Shown here: positions 53,482 to 64,000 of the stretch, one piece after another | Numbering within the stretch: position 1 is the stretch's first letter | Layout of the letters: each line of letters begins with the position of its first letter | Source: Bacteroidales bacterium | Lineage (GTDB): Bacteria > Bacteroidota > Bacteroidia > Bacteroidales > JACABE01 | Assembly (NCBI GenBank): GCA_038204725.1 | Contig: JBBRCQ010000010.1 | Location: forward strand, 9,072-73,071 | Direction: 5' to 3' | Length of the DNA: 64,000 nucleotides | Position numbers and translations under genes: made by a program | The notes under the pieces: generated by a model | What the model was told of the DNA's origin: nothing | The model's input: the letters and a program-made list of their open reading frames with translations, nothing else | The model's database searches: none

Positions 53482-53517
53482 CTGGGTCGAAAAACAAAGT
53501 ATTGAGATAATAATAAC
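53482..53517 (+). repeat. Degenerate duplicate of the batE 3' end
   Basis: CTGGGTCGAAAAACAAAGTATTGAGATAAT matches batE 52370-52399 at 26/30 positions and still encodes WVEKQSIEII (batE has WVEKQSFEII*). Confidence 0.7.
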
Positions 53518-53604
53518 TAGTAATTGATAATTAATGACTTCTTAATAACCCGTCGGGAACTGCGTACCCGATGGGTTATCACTAATTATCAGTTTTCTAA
53601 AGCA

Positions 53605-55653
<2,049 letters not shown>

Positions 55654-56820
55654 TTACATTGTATTGGTAATTATTTTATTGAGTTGTGCTATATTTTTCT
55701 CCCAGCTGAAATGTTCAGCTACAAAACTATGTGCATTCAAAGCCATTTGGTTACATTGGTTTTCATTTTCCATTAAATAACAAATATGAAGCGCAAGTTG
55801 TTCTGCAGTATCACCGATTAAAACTTCTTTTTTCTCGGTAGCCTTCAAGGCATCGTTTGCAAGCGTTGTAGTAATACAGGGCAATTGCATGGCCATGGCT
55901 TCGAGTAGTTTGTTTTGCAATCCGGTTCCTATACGCATAGGAGCAATAAATATTTTTGAAATCGCATAACATTGTCGCATATCATCCACCCAACCTGTAA
56001 CTTCAACATTAGTAGATTGTAGCTTTTTAACCGACGCATGAGGACTGGATCCTGCCAGCATCACTTTGACATCAGGATATTTTTTCATTACCAGTGGCAA
56101 AATCTCTTTTATTAGATACTGGCAAGCATCGATATTCGGAGGATATGCCATATTTCCTGTAAACAAAATATCATATTTTTTTTGAGCTTTTACAGGTTGA
56201 TAATAGGAAGTATCCACCCCATTGGGCAACACGTGAATTTCATGCTTTCTTGAATGTGGAATCAGGTCTCTATCCGTTTCAGAAATAATGATTTTATGGT
56301 CAAACCATTGAAAAATTTTGCGTTCATAGTTGCATAAGCGTTTATATTCTGAATTGAATATGGGTTTCAGATAAAAGGGTGAACTGAGCATTCTGCGTTT
56401 TATGCCATAAGAAAAAACATCCTGGTAATCAATCGTTTTAGGAATAGTAGTATCTTTAACATATTCAGCCATGCGACTTAACTGACAAATAATATGATCG
56501 GGTTGAATTGTTTCAATGAGTGCATTAATTTCTCTTTGTGCCTTTGAACTATAAAAATAGCCAATCTGAAAAGGCTTTCCGGTAAAAAAAGTCTTGAATA
56601 CATTTAAAACAATACTGGGTTTAGAGCGTTTGATAACACTGATTGCTTTACAATAGGGTTGAATGTTGGCCAGGGCTTCCTGATGCAGTGTGTTTTCGTT
56701 CAGACAACAAAGATAAATATCGTGATAGGCTGAAAGATAGCGGATAAAATTAAATGCCCTTAATTTATCGCCTTTGTCTAATGGGTATGGAACTCTTGAA
56801 AGTACAACAAATAATTTCAT
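55654..56820 (-). CDS. Glycosyltransferase family 4-like
   Basis: Start moved to Met 56820 (MKLFVVLSRVPYPLDKGDK). This abuts the upstream GT stop at 56822 instead of overlapping it by 71 nt. Confidence 0.7.
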   Translation of the reverse strand: MKLFVVLSRVPYPLDKGDKLRAFNFIRYLSAYHDIYLCCLNENTLHQEALANIQPYCKAISVIKRSKPSIVLNVFKTFFTGKPFQIGYFYSSKAQREINALIETIQPDHIICQLSRMAEYVKDTTIPKTIDYQDVFSYGIKRRMLSSPFYLKPIFNSEYKRLCNYERKIFQWFDHKIIISETDRDLIPHSRKHEIHVLPNGVDTSYYQPVKAQKKYDILFTGNMAYPPNIDACQYLIKEILPLVMKKYPDVKVMLAGSSPHASVKKLQSTNVEVTGWVDDMRQCYAISKIFIAPMRIGTGLQNKLLEAMAMQLPCITTTLANDALKATEKKEVLIGDTAEQLALHICYLMENENQCNQMALNAHSFVAEHFSWEKNIAQLNKIITNTM

Positions 56821-56821
56821 C

Positions 56822-58024
56822 CTATTTTTCACCTTGTATTTGTTTATAAAAAGCGAGTAATTTATCCATAATAACGGTATTATCATGTTCATTTTCGATC
56901 AGCAATCGGGCTTGCCTTGCAATTTGTTCCCTTTTTCCATGATTACGGACGATTTCAACTACAGCATCTTTAAAGTCTTCTACTGAATTGGCTATGATTA
57001 TATTTTTATCGTGGGTACACAGCAATCCTTCAGCTCCCAGGCTGGTTGTTATTACAATTTTACCCATTGCCATGGCTTCCACAATTTTAATCCGAATGCC
57101 ACTTCCCGAAAACAATGGAACAACCAGAATGCCTTTGGATTGTATAAATGCTTGCGCATCTTCCACTTCTCCCACGATTTCCACATTTGGAAAGTTAGCA
57201 TGCAAAAGCCATTCCGGCATGGAACGACCTGCGAGAACGAATTTGAGAGAAGGGATTTCTTTATGAATCAAAGGCCATGCTTTTTCAAGAAACCATTTAA
57301 TACCCTGCTGATTGGGCAGCCAGTTCATGGCACCAATATGGAACAAATCATTAGAATTATGCTGAAAATCCGCTGAATATTTTTCGATTTCAATGCCAAA
57401 AGGAATTGTAGTTAAAGCTTTAGAACATCCTGTTTTTTCAAAATATTCAGCATCGTTTTTAATAATAGCTGCAATACCATCGAATTGATGTAATGCTGAA
57501 AGTTCAAATTTTTTCAAAGTAGCTGCCAGGTGAACCACATACCATTTTTTGAATGGATTATTAATGTTTGCTTTAATTCTTTCCCAGATCAAATGCTCAA
57601 CATTGTGGGAACGCAATACAATTTTAGCTTCAGAATACTTTCGGATCACCTTTACATAAGGTGTTAAATACAATGTCTCTATTTGTACAATATCAAACGT
57701 ATTTTTTTGTAATATTTCAATCAGTTTGTTTTCAAAATCAGTTGAAATAAATCGCTGAACATGATAGGAATCTGAAGAAAAAAGATTTAAAAAAGCAGGA
57801 ATGGGCTTTATTTTCAAATCGATGAAAACCGATTCGAAGTGGGTAGATTGCAAATACCATTCAGGAAAGGACTCAATCAAAACCCTGTTTTTATAACTGC
57901 TAACCGCAAGCACTTTAACACTATGACCTTTATTGAGTAAACCCTGTGTAATTGCATTCATGGCAATAGATCCACCTTCGAGGGGTGGATAGGGTGGTTT
58001 GTTGCAGATCTGAAGAATGTTCAT
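56822..58024 (-). CDS. Glycosyltransferase family 4-like
   Basis: 400 aa. MNILQICNKPPYPPLEGGSIAM N-terminus and a GT-B C-terminal EAMAMGKIVITT motif. Confidence 0.7.
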   Translation of the reverse strand: MNILQICNKPPYPPLEGGSIAMNAITQGLLNKGHSVKVLAVSSYKNRVLIESFPEWYLQSTHFESVFIDLKIKPIPAFLNLFSSDSYHVQRFISTDFENKLIEILQKNTFDIVQIETLYLTPYVKVIRKYSEAKIVLRSHNVEHLIWERIKANINNPFKKWYVVHLAATLKKFELSALHQFDGIAAIIKNDAEYFEKTGCSKALTTIPFGIEIEKYSADFQHNSNDLFHIGAMNWLPNQQGIKWFLEKAWPLIHKEIPSLKFVLAGRSMPEWLLHANFPNVEIVGEVEDAQAFIQSKGILVVPLFSGSGIRIKIVEAMAMGKIVITTSLGAEGLLCTHDKNIIIANSVEDFKDAVVEIVRNHGKREQIARQARLLIENEHDNTVIMDKLLAFYKQIQGEK

Positions 58025-58029
58025 TTCCT

Positions 58030-58078
58030 GGTATTTTGATGATTTGGTGATTTAGTAATTTGGTGATTTGGTGATTTG
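58030..58078. repeat. Phased 8-nt tandem array (GGTGATTT-like, 6 units)
   Basis: ggtatttt gatgattt ggtgattt agtaattt ggtgattt ggtgattt. Lies between the lptF/G-like stop (58103) and the GT start (58024). Confidence 0.9.
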
Positions 58079-58102
58079 AAAATAGGTGTGTTTATTTACT
58101 TT

Positions 58103-59560
58103 TCACTTATCACTACCTCTCCTAGTAAATTTCTTAAAAAACCTCATCCAAACATCGCTGTCAAACAATGGTGAGTCTGTGGTTGCTTTTAAAGTCAGAA
58201 AGATACCAACCGGTAAAAAGAAAAACGACGACAGCCACATTCCCTGAAAAGCGGACAATACACCTTCGCGGGCAGATTTTTCGCCAATCATAGAAATAAT
58301 ATGAAATATAACGAAAAAGAAGACTGACATAACGACCGGCAATCCAAAACCACCTTTACGGATAATCGTTCCCAAAGGAGCTCCGATAAAAAACAAAATC
58401 AGACAGGCAATGGATAAAGTAAATTTTCGTTGCCATTCAATATCATAACGACGGATATACTCTTCATTGTCTTTGAAATCAATAGCCCAGTAATCGATTT
58501 CGTTTTTCACACCACGTGCCGATTGTATAGCAGTTTCGAGAATCAGATTTTTTTTGGAAGAATCAAAGTTTGAAAGAAAATCTTTTTTTAAATTTCCTAA
58601 CGTATCAGATTTAGGTTGATGAGCAGTTATATTTTTGACAGAAAAAAACTGAAAACGTCTTAGTGTATTGTTGTAAAATTCATTTTTTTTAACTGTTAAA
58701 CCCATTTTCAATGTGTCTTCCGTTTCTGTCAATTGTTTTAAATTGAGCATCTGAAAATGAGTCTTGTACAAACCTTCGTTGGTTTTTGAAAAAGCAAAAG
58801 CAGATAAATCAAATCTGCGGAATTCTTCTCTGAAACTGGTACGTATCATGGGACGTTTCTGCATATTTTCATACGTACTGATGTCTTCATCGTAATTGTT
58901 TCCATCATACAATGTAAAAAAGAGAAAACGATTATCTGCTGTAACTTCCATCTTCCCTGACTTTGCAATCGTTAATTTAGAATTCCCTATGCGTTCGGTA
59001 TGGTCATAAATCATGATATCATGCAGGGTTTTTCCATCTTGCCCTTTTTTCCCCACTTTGATGATGTATCCATCTATTCCATCATAATACATTCCTTCCT
59101 GGATATTTACTGCCGGTTTTTTGGATTGCACATCATACAACAGTGTTTTAAACTTTAAATTAGCATAAGGCATTACATTGTTAGAAAAATAAAAAGCAAC
59201 CACGCTGATTATTATTGACATGATGATCAGAGGTTTCATAATGGTTCGCAACGAAATACCGGCAGCTTTGATGGCCGTAAGTTCGTATTTTTCGCCTAAA
59301 TTTCCGAAAGTCATTAACGATGAGAGCAATATTGCCAATGGCAATGCCAATGGAACAAAAGTGGCAGAGGCATAAAACATGAGTTGAGCAATGATATACC
59401 ATTCCAGACCTTTACCTACAAAATCATCGATATATTTCCACAAAAACTGCATCAAAAGGATGAACAAGGCAATAAAAAATGTCATTACCAAAGGTCCTAA
59501 ATACAGCTTGATGATGAATTGATATATTTTTTTCACTGAAAGAATGATTTTAGTATGCAA
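58103..59560 (-). CDS. LptF/LptG-family (YjgP/YjgQ) LPS export permease
   Basis: 485 aa. N-terminal IIKLYLGPLVMTFFIALFILLMQFLW...IDDFVGKG, a periplasmic beta-jellyroll region and C-terminal TM helices. Confidence 0.8.
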   Translation of the reverse strand: MHTKIILSVKKIYQFIIKLYLGPLVMTFFIALFILLMQFLWKYIDDFVGKGLEWYIIAQLMFYASATFVPLALPLAILLSSLMTFGNLGEKYELTAIKAAGISLRTIMKPLIIMSIIISVVAFYFSNNVMPYANLKFKTLLYDVQSKKPAVNIQEGMYYDGIDGYIIKVGKKGQDGKTLHDIMIYDHTERIGNSKLTIAKSGKMEVTADNRFLFFTLYDGNNYDEDISTYENMQKRPMIRTSFREEFRRFDLSAFAFSKTNEGLYKTHFQMLNLKQLTETEDTLKMGLTVKKNEFYNNTLRRFQFFSVKNITAHQPKSDTLGNLKKDFLSNFDSSKKNLILETAIQSARGVKNEIDYWAIDFKDNEEYIRRYDIEWQRKFTLSIACLILFFIGAPLGTIIRKGGFGLPVVMSVFFFVIFHIISMIGEKSAREGVLSAFQGMWLSSFFFLPVGIFLTLKATTDSPLFDSDVWMRFFKKFTRRGSDK

Positions 59561-59787
59561 ACCTAAGCATTTTTTAGAAATATTCGTTTAAAATAAGTGT
59601 TTAAATAAGTTAATTGATGAATAGTTGGAAAGAGAATATTCATAGAAAACCTCAAAATTCAGCATATATTGCTGTTTTATAAATCGATATTCAGCTGACA
59701 TCTACTTTCAGTATTCCGGGCAGTAGACTGTTCATAATTTCTTTATAAAATCTTTATACATCTTAAACCAATCCTTACAAATCCCTT

Positions 59788-60447
59788 ATGATTTTCGTAG
59801 TAATTTTGTATTGTTTTAAAAATATCGAAATGAAAGCAACAATATTATTGGCAATGGCTGCATCCAACGAGGCGGGTTTTTCATCCGCTTATATGATAGG
59901 CGTTATCATTGCGCTATTTATTCTGGATTTAGGACTACCCGACACCGATGGTTTGGATGTGCTAAAAAAACTACGTGAATGGTATCAGAAACCTATCATT
60001 ATCCTTTCGGTCCGTAATTCAGAAGAGGATATCATTAAAGCTTTGGATAACGGAGCCAATGATTACCTTTGCAAACCCTTTCGTACCGGAGAGTTGTTAG
60101 CACGTATCAGGGTTGCCATCCGGCAAAGTCAGGATACTTCCAACAATCCCATACTGGAATGCGGATCCTTAACAATAGATTTGACCCATCACATCGCACA
60201 AAAGAACAATGAAATCATAAAACTCACATCCACCGAATTTTCATTGCTGGCGTTATTGGATAAAAACCAAGGAAGGGTATTAACGCATCAATATATTTTA
60301 AAAGAAGTATGGGGAATGGGCTACATCGAACAAACCCAATACTTAAGGGTATTTATTGCACAGTTGCGTAAAAAAGTAGAAGATGAACCCGCTAAACCTA
60401 AGCTCCTTATCACAGAATCAGGAATAGGCTATCGCTTTGGAAGATAA
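59788..60447 (+). pseudogene. kdpE: KdpE-like OmpR-family response regulator lacking the first ~45 residues of the receiver domain (orphan remnant)
   Basis: From ILDLGLPDTDG onward it aligns with E. coli KdpE as I remember it (IILDLGLPDGDG ... KPF ... LT..EF.LL..L....G.VLT...L...VWG.......YLR....LR.K.E.DPA.P....TE.GIGYRF). The N-terminal acidic pocket and beta1-alpha1-beta2 are replaced by the unrelated hydrophobic sequence MKATILLAMAASNEAGFSSAYMIGVIIALFI. No histidine kinase gene lies nearby. Confidence 0.6.
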
Positions 60448-60458
60448 GCCGCTCAAAA

Positions 60459-60480
60459 CCTCTCCAAAAGAGAGGCTTTT
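60459..60480 (+). terminator. Rho-independent terminator after the kdpE remnant
   Basis: CCTCTC-CAAAA-GAGAGG followed by CTTTT. Confidence 0.6.
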
Positions 60481-60924
60481 GCTTGAGTGACTGTTTCATA
60501 GTTTTATGCAGGTAAAACTGTCAAACCTATAAAATCCTACAGCATTTATAATTAAAAATATTACATTTGCATAGCATACTGAATGAAACATTATGGTTTA
60601 AATCCTTTCAAAAACAGATGTTTTGAATAACAAATCAATTTACACTTCATTCAGAAACGAAAATATTATCAGTTAATACAATAGATAAATTCAATATCCA
60701 TTTTTTTGAAAAAGAGTTGAGATTAATTTTGGAATTATTTCCGAGAAATGAATATTTGAAAATTGAAGCTAATCAGAACAATTCCATACAAATAAACAGA
60801 GCTGTATGCTCTCAGGTTAATGCATAATATGGGGTTATTTACTATAACTATACAAACTGATTTCTTCCATGGAATGTATGCAACAAACAATTTAAGCTTA
60901 TAAATTATTAAAAAAATAAAATAT

Positions 60925-61266
60925 ATGGAAATCAATTGGTATGAAGAGTTGCCTTTTGCCGTGACTGTTTGCGACAAAGAAGGCAAAATAGTATATATGA
61001 ATAAAAAATCGGCTGTTACTTTTGAAAAATACGGAGCCAATAATCTGATCGGTGAAAATGTGCTGAATTGTCATCCTGAACCTGCGAAATCGATGCTGGC
61101 GGGTATGTTGGTGGATGAAAGCACAAATGCGTATACGATTGAAAAAAATGGTATTAAAAAAATGATATACCAGACACCCTGGTACGAAAACGAAGTCTAC
61201 ATGGGATTCGTTGAAATTTCACTGGTGATTCCTATGGAGATGAAACATTTTAAAAGAAATCCTTAG
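60925..61266 (+). CDS. Stand-alone PAS-domain protein
   Basis: 113 aa. LPFAVTVCDKEGKIVYMNKKSAVTFEKYG...LIGENVLNCHPEP is a PAS-fold N-terminal pattern. Confidence 0.6.
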   Translation: MEINWYEELPFAVTVCDKEGKIVYMNKKSAVTFEKYGANNLIGENVLNCHPEPAKSMLAGMLVDESTNAYTIEKNGIKKMIYQTPWYENEVYMGFVEISLVIPMEMKHFKRNP

Positions 61267-61377
61267 GATCAGTGTTTAAAATCTGAAGTGATTATCTCTG
61301 ATGATTATAACGAAAAAGCAATAACATCCATTGAAAAATTGAACAGAGATTTTTGAATGTGTGCAATTCACCAGCCT

Positions 61378-63330
61378 CTATTTATGCCTGACCAATTCCG
61401 ATTTCACCTTTGCATCAATGATGAGCGGAACCTGTTCAATGATCACATTACTGGTATCCAACCCAAGAGCCCTGACTTCGGTAATACCGAATTTCTTGAC
61501 GAAAGAATACAGATTCATTAAAAATTGCTTGAAAGGTGCAAAATCAAAGTCGTAGTTTTGAATTCTGTCGATGATTACAAACCTGAAATCAGCATAAATA
61601 TTGTATTGTCGTAGCGAATGATAATGACTCGCAATATCAATTTCATTGTTTTTCGCCATTTCCTCAATCACCTGCCTAAAATAAAGATTTACCCTCGGTT
61701 GAACTTTAAACCCTAATTTTAAATCAATACGGAATAATATTTTGGGGATCACCGAATGGACAGCATAGCTTGTTTCATAAGGTTCATCCACAATGTCAAC
61801 ATGTATCAACCAATATACATCAGCCCGCTTGGGTTGTTTATTTAAAATAGAATACATAATCTTAGACTCTATTTCCGTTTTGCGTTTGGCCCTTGTAATA
61901 TATACCAGATTGGTAGCATATTTGGGTATTGACTCATCATTGTGAAGACTTTTCAGTACATCCAGGTATTTCTGAATTTGCACAAATTCAATAAAGCTAT
62001 TTTTAATTCTTCTCCCTTGATACCAAATGTACATGATTATAAACAATATCATTGCAATCAAAAGGGAAACCCAGCCACCATGACTGAATTTATGTAGATT
62101 CGCTATTAAAAAGGATCCTTCAATCGTTAAATAAATAAGGAGGAAAAAAGTAATGACATATTTAGGAATATGAAGATAATGCAGGTAAATGCTCAACAAA
62201 AATGTTGTCATTAACATAGTAATGGTAATAGCCAGTCCATATGCGGCTTCCATATTGGAAGATTCTTTAAAATAAAAAATCACAAACAAACATCCTATCC
62301 AGAGCAACCAGTTGATACTCGATACATACATCTGTCCCTTAATAGTGGTAGGATAATTGATCTTTACTTTGGGCCAGAAGTTCAGTGAAATGGCTTCACT
62401 GATGAGTGTATACGATCCGCTGATCAGTGCCTGGCTGGCGATGATAGCAGCAATGGTTGAAATGATGATCCCAATGAACAGAAACCAGGATGGCATGATC
62501 GCAAAGAAGGGATTCGTAGCTCGTACCACTGAATCGGTATGACTTAAAATCCATGCACCTTGGCCCAGATAATTTAAAATAAGTGAAGTTTTCACAAAAA
62601 ACCAGGTTGTCCTGATGTTTTTGATTCCGCAATGTCCCAGATCGGAATACAATGCTTCGGCTCCTGTGGTACAAAGAAAAACAGCACCAAGCAATATAAA
62701 ACCGTTAGGACTTTCAGTTAAAAACTTATACCCGAAATAAGGATTGAAAGCATTAAATATGGCAGGATTTTGTATGATTTGAGATATACCCAACACCGAA
62801 AGCATAGCAAACCAGACAAACATCATTGGTCCGAAAGATTTCCCCAGAAATTTGGTACCAAATTGTTGTATTACAAATAGAAATGTAATGATTATAACAA
62901 CAATCGGAATTACATTTACATTCGGGATGATCATGCGAAGACCTTCGACAGAAGAAGTAACTGTAATTGCCGGAGTAATGATTCCATCTGCAAGTAATGC
63001 ACAACCACCGATGATGGCATAGATATAAGCCCATTTCGCTCTCTTACGTATCAGCGCAAACAACGAAAAAATCCCACCTTCACCTTTGTTATCAGCGCGT
63101 AATGTTATAAGGATATATTTGATAGTTGATTGTAAGGTCAATGTCCAAATTACACAAGATAAAGCTCCGTAAATATTGTTTTTATCAATAACAGCACTTC
63201 CGGCAATGATGGCCTTCATCACATACAGAGGAGATGTACCAATATCTCCATATACAATGCCAAGTGTAATTAATAATCCCGCCGCACTTAGCTTAGTTAT
63301 ATGACCACGCGGCGATTTAAATGTTTTCAT
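61378..63330 (-). CDS. kup: KUP/HAK/KT-family potassium transporter
   Basis: 650 aa. GIVYGDIGTSPLYV N-terminal signature, 12 TM helices and a cytoplasmic C-terminal domain. Confidence 0.9.
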   Translation of the reverse strand: MKTFKSPRGHITKLSAAGLLITLGIVYGDIGTSPLYVMKAIIAGSAVIDKNNIYGALSCVIWTLTLQSTIKYILITLRADNKGEGGIFSLFALIRKRAKWAYIYAIIGGCALLADGIITPAITVTSSVEGLRMIIPNVNVIPIVVIIITFLFVIQQFGTKFLGKSFGPMMFVWFAMLSVLGISQIIQNPAIFNAFNPYFGYKFLTESPNGFILLGAVFLCTTGAEALYSDLGHCGIKNIRTTWFFVKTSLILNYLGQGAWILSHTDSVVRATNPFFAIMPSWFLFIGIIISTIAAIIASQALISGSYTLISEAISLNFWPKVKINYPTTIKGQMYVSSINWLLWIGCLFVIFYFKESSNMEAAYGLAITITMLMTTFLLSIYLHYLHIPKYVITFFLLIYLTIEGSFLIANLHKFSHGGWVSLLIAMILFIIMYIWYQGRRIKNSFIEFVQIQKYLDVLKSLHNDESIPKYATNLVYITRAKRKTEIESKIMYSILNKQPKRADVYWLIHVDIVDEPYETSYAVHSVIPKILFRIDLKLGFKVQPRVNLYFRQVIEEMAKNNEIDIASHYHSLRQYNIYADFRFVIIDRIQNYDFDFAPFKQFLMNLYSFVKKFGITEVRALGLDTSNVIIEQVPLIIDAKVKSELVRHK

Positions 63331-63992
63331 GAACGGGAAAGATTACTCTTTTTTTGAAATTTATGTTTTAATACTGCATAAACTGGTGGAATCAAAGAAC
63401 TGAAAATAATAATTAAAATTACAAGCGTAAAGTTCTTCTTTACAAAATCAATATTTCCAAAAAAATAACCCGCAAAAACAAACAAAAATACCCAAAGAAT
63501 GTTTCCAATGATACTGAATGAAATAAATCGCAGATATTTCATTTCGCCCACTCCGGCCACAAAAGGAGCAAATGTTCTGATGATAGGCATAAAACGTGCA
63601 ATGACTAGGGTTTTCCCACCATGTTTTTCGTAAAAGGCATGCGTTTTGTCAAGGTATTTTCTTTTAATCAGTTTATAATCTTTTTCATAAACCGTTTTCC
63701 CAATCAAACGACCGATAAAAAAATTAGTATTATCGCCGGAAAAAGCAGCCAACAGCACTACAATGATAAGTACTGATACATTTAACGGATTACCATCCAT
63801 AGCGGCAATGGTACCTGCTGCAAACAAAAGCGAATCACCGGGGAGAAAAGGAGTTACTACCAGACCGGTTTCACAGAATATGATGATAAATAAAATAAGA
63901 TAGGTCCAGGTTTGATACGTACTTACCCAATCGTTCAGGTATTTATCGATATGCAGAATAAAATCGAGCAGGAGATTCAAGAAATCCATCAT
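63327..63992 (-). CDS. DedA-family (SNARE-associated) membrane protein
   Basis: 221 aa with ETGLVVTPFLPGDSLLFAAG and FMPIIRTFAPFVAG motifs. Overlaps the kup start by 4 nt. Confidence 0.85.
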   Translation of the reverse strand: MMDFLNLLLDFILHIDKYLNDWVSTYQTWTYLILFIIIFCETGLVVTPFLPGDSLLFAAGTIAAMDGNPLNVSVLIIVVLLAAFSGDNTNFFIGRLIGKTVYEKDYKLIKRKYLDKTHAFYEKHGGKTLVIARFMPIIRTFAPFVAGVGEMKYLRFISFSIIGNILWVFLFVFAGYFFGNIDFVKKNFTLVILIIIFSSLIPPVYAVLKHKFQKKSNLSRS

Positions 63993-64000
63993 AAAACAAT

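Noticed and set aside
60570-60924. Possible ncRNA or leader downstream of a TACATTTG -7-like box (60562-60569)
   Set aside because: I found no convincing conserved-looking structure, terminator or riboswitch motif. The minus-strand ORF 60735-61040 is low-complexity and overlaps the PAS gene start. The evidence is insufficient.

Overview
This is a 64 kb, AT-rich, gene-dense chromosomal segment that looks like a Bacteroidota genome. Supporting signs are TAnnTTTG-type -7 boxes just upstream of several genes and of the tRNA, a complete MoxR/DUF58/BatA-E aerotolerance operon, many lipoprotein signal peptides, and YfhO/LptFG/FKBP housekeeping content. Nt 1-22,200 form a haem/respiration supercluster. 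It contains hemN-hemH-hemY and a three-gene module of a Tat-exported FeS protein, a roughly 10-TM NrfD-like protein and a membrane-anchored monohaem cytochrome c; this module is ACIII-like but lacks the pentahaem and molybdopterin-like parts. It also contains DoxX, SCO1, an A2-type caa3 oxidase (ctaD-ctaE-subIV-ctaC), ctaB and tatA/tatC. The most unusual part is two cytochrome operons flanking a Crp/Fnr-family regulator, each preceded by a TTGAC-N4-ATCAA box. Operon (i) encodes a monohaem lipoprotein, a small beta-barrel, a soluble monohaem cytochrome c, and a 927-aa protein with 19 CxxCH motifs fused to a dihaem-cytochrome-b-like membrane domain. Operon (ii) encodes a hexahaem lipoprotein with a collagen-like GXY stretch. 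I read this as a candidate, uncharacterised envelope-spanning electron-transfer system. The rest is mostly housekeeping: pruA, DPP III, rpe, ftsE, glycosyltransferases, tRNA-Ser, FKBPs, nrnA, ndk, ligA, lptF/G, kup and dedA. It is punctuated by small accessory scars: a MITE-like insertion with an 8-bp flanking duplication, a decayed AbrB/PIN toxin-antitoxin islet bracketed by a duplicated batE 3' end, an N-terminally truncated orphan KdpE, and an HNH-nuclease islet next to tRNA-Ser. There is also a family of phased 7-8-nt tandem arrays and hairpin repeats filling intergenic spacers, two of them inside the Bat operon. I recognised no rRNA, CRISPR array, transposase or integrase gene. All family assignments come from motif reading and memory, not from database searches.
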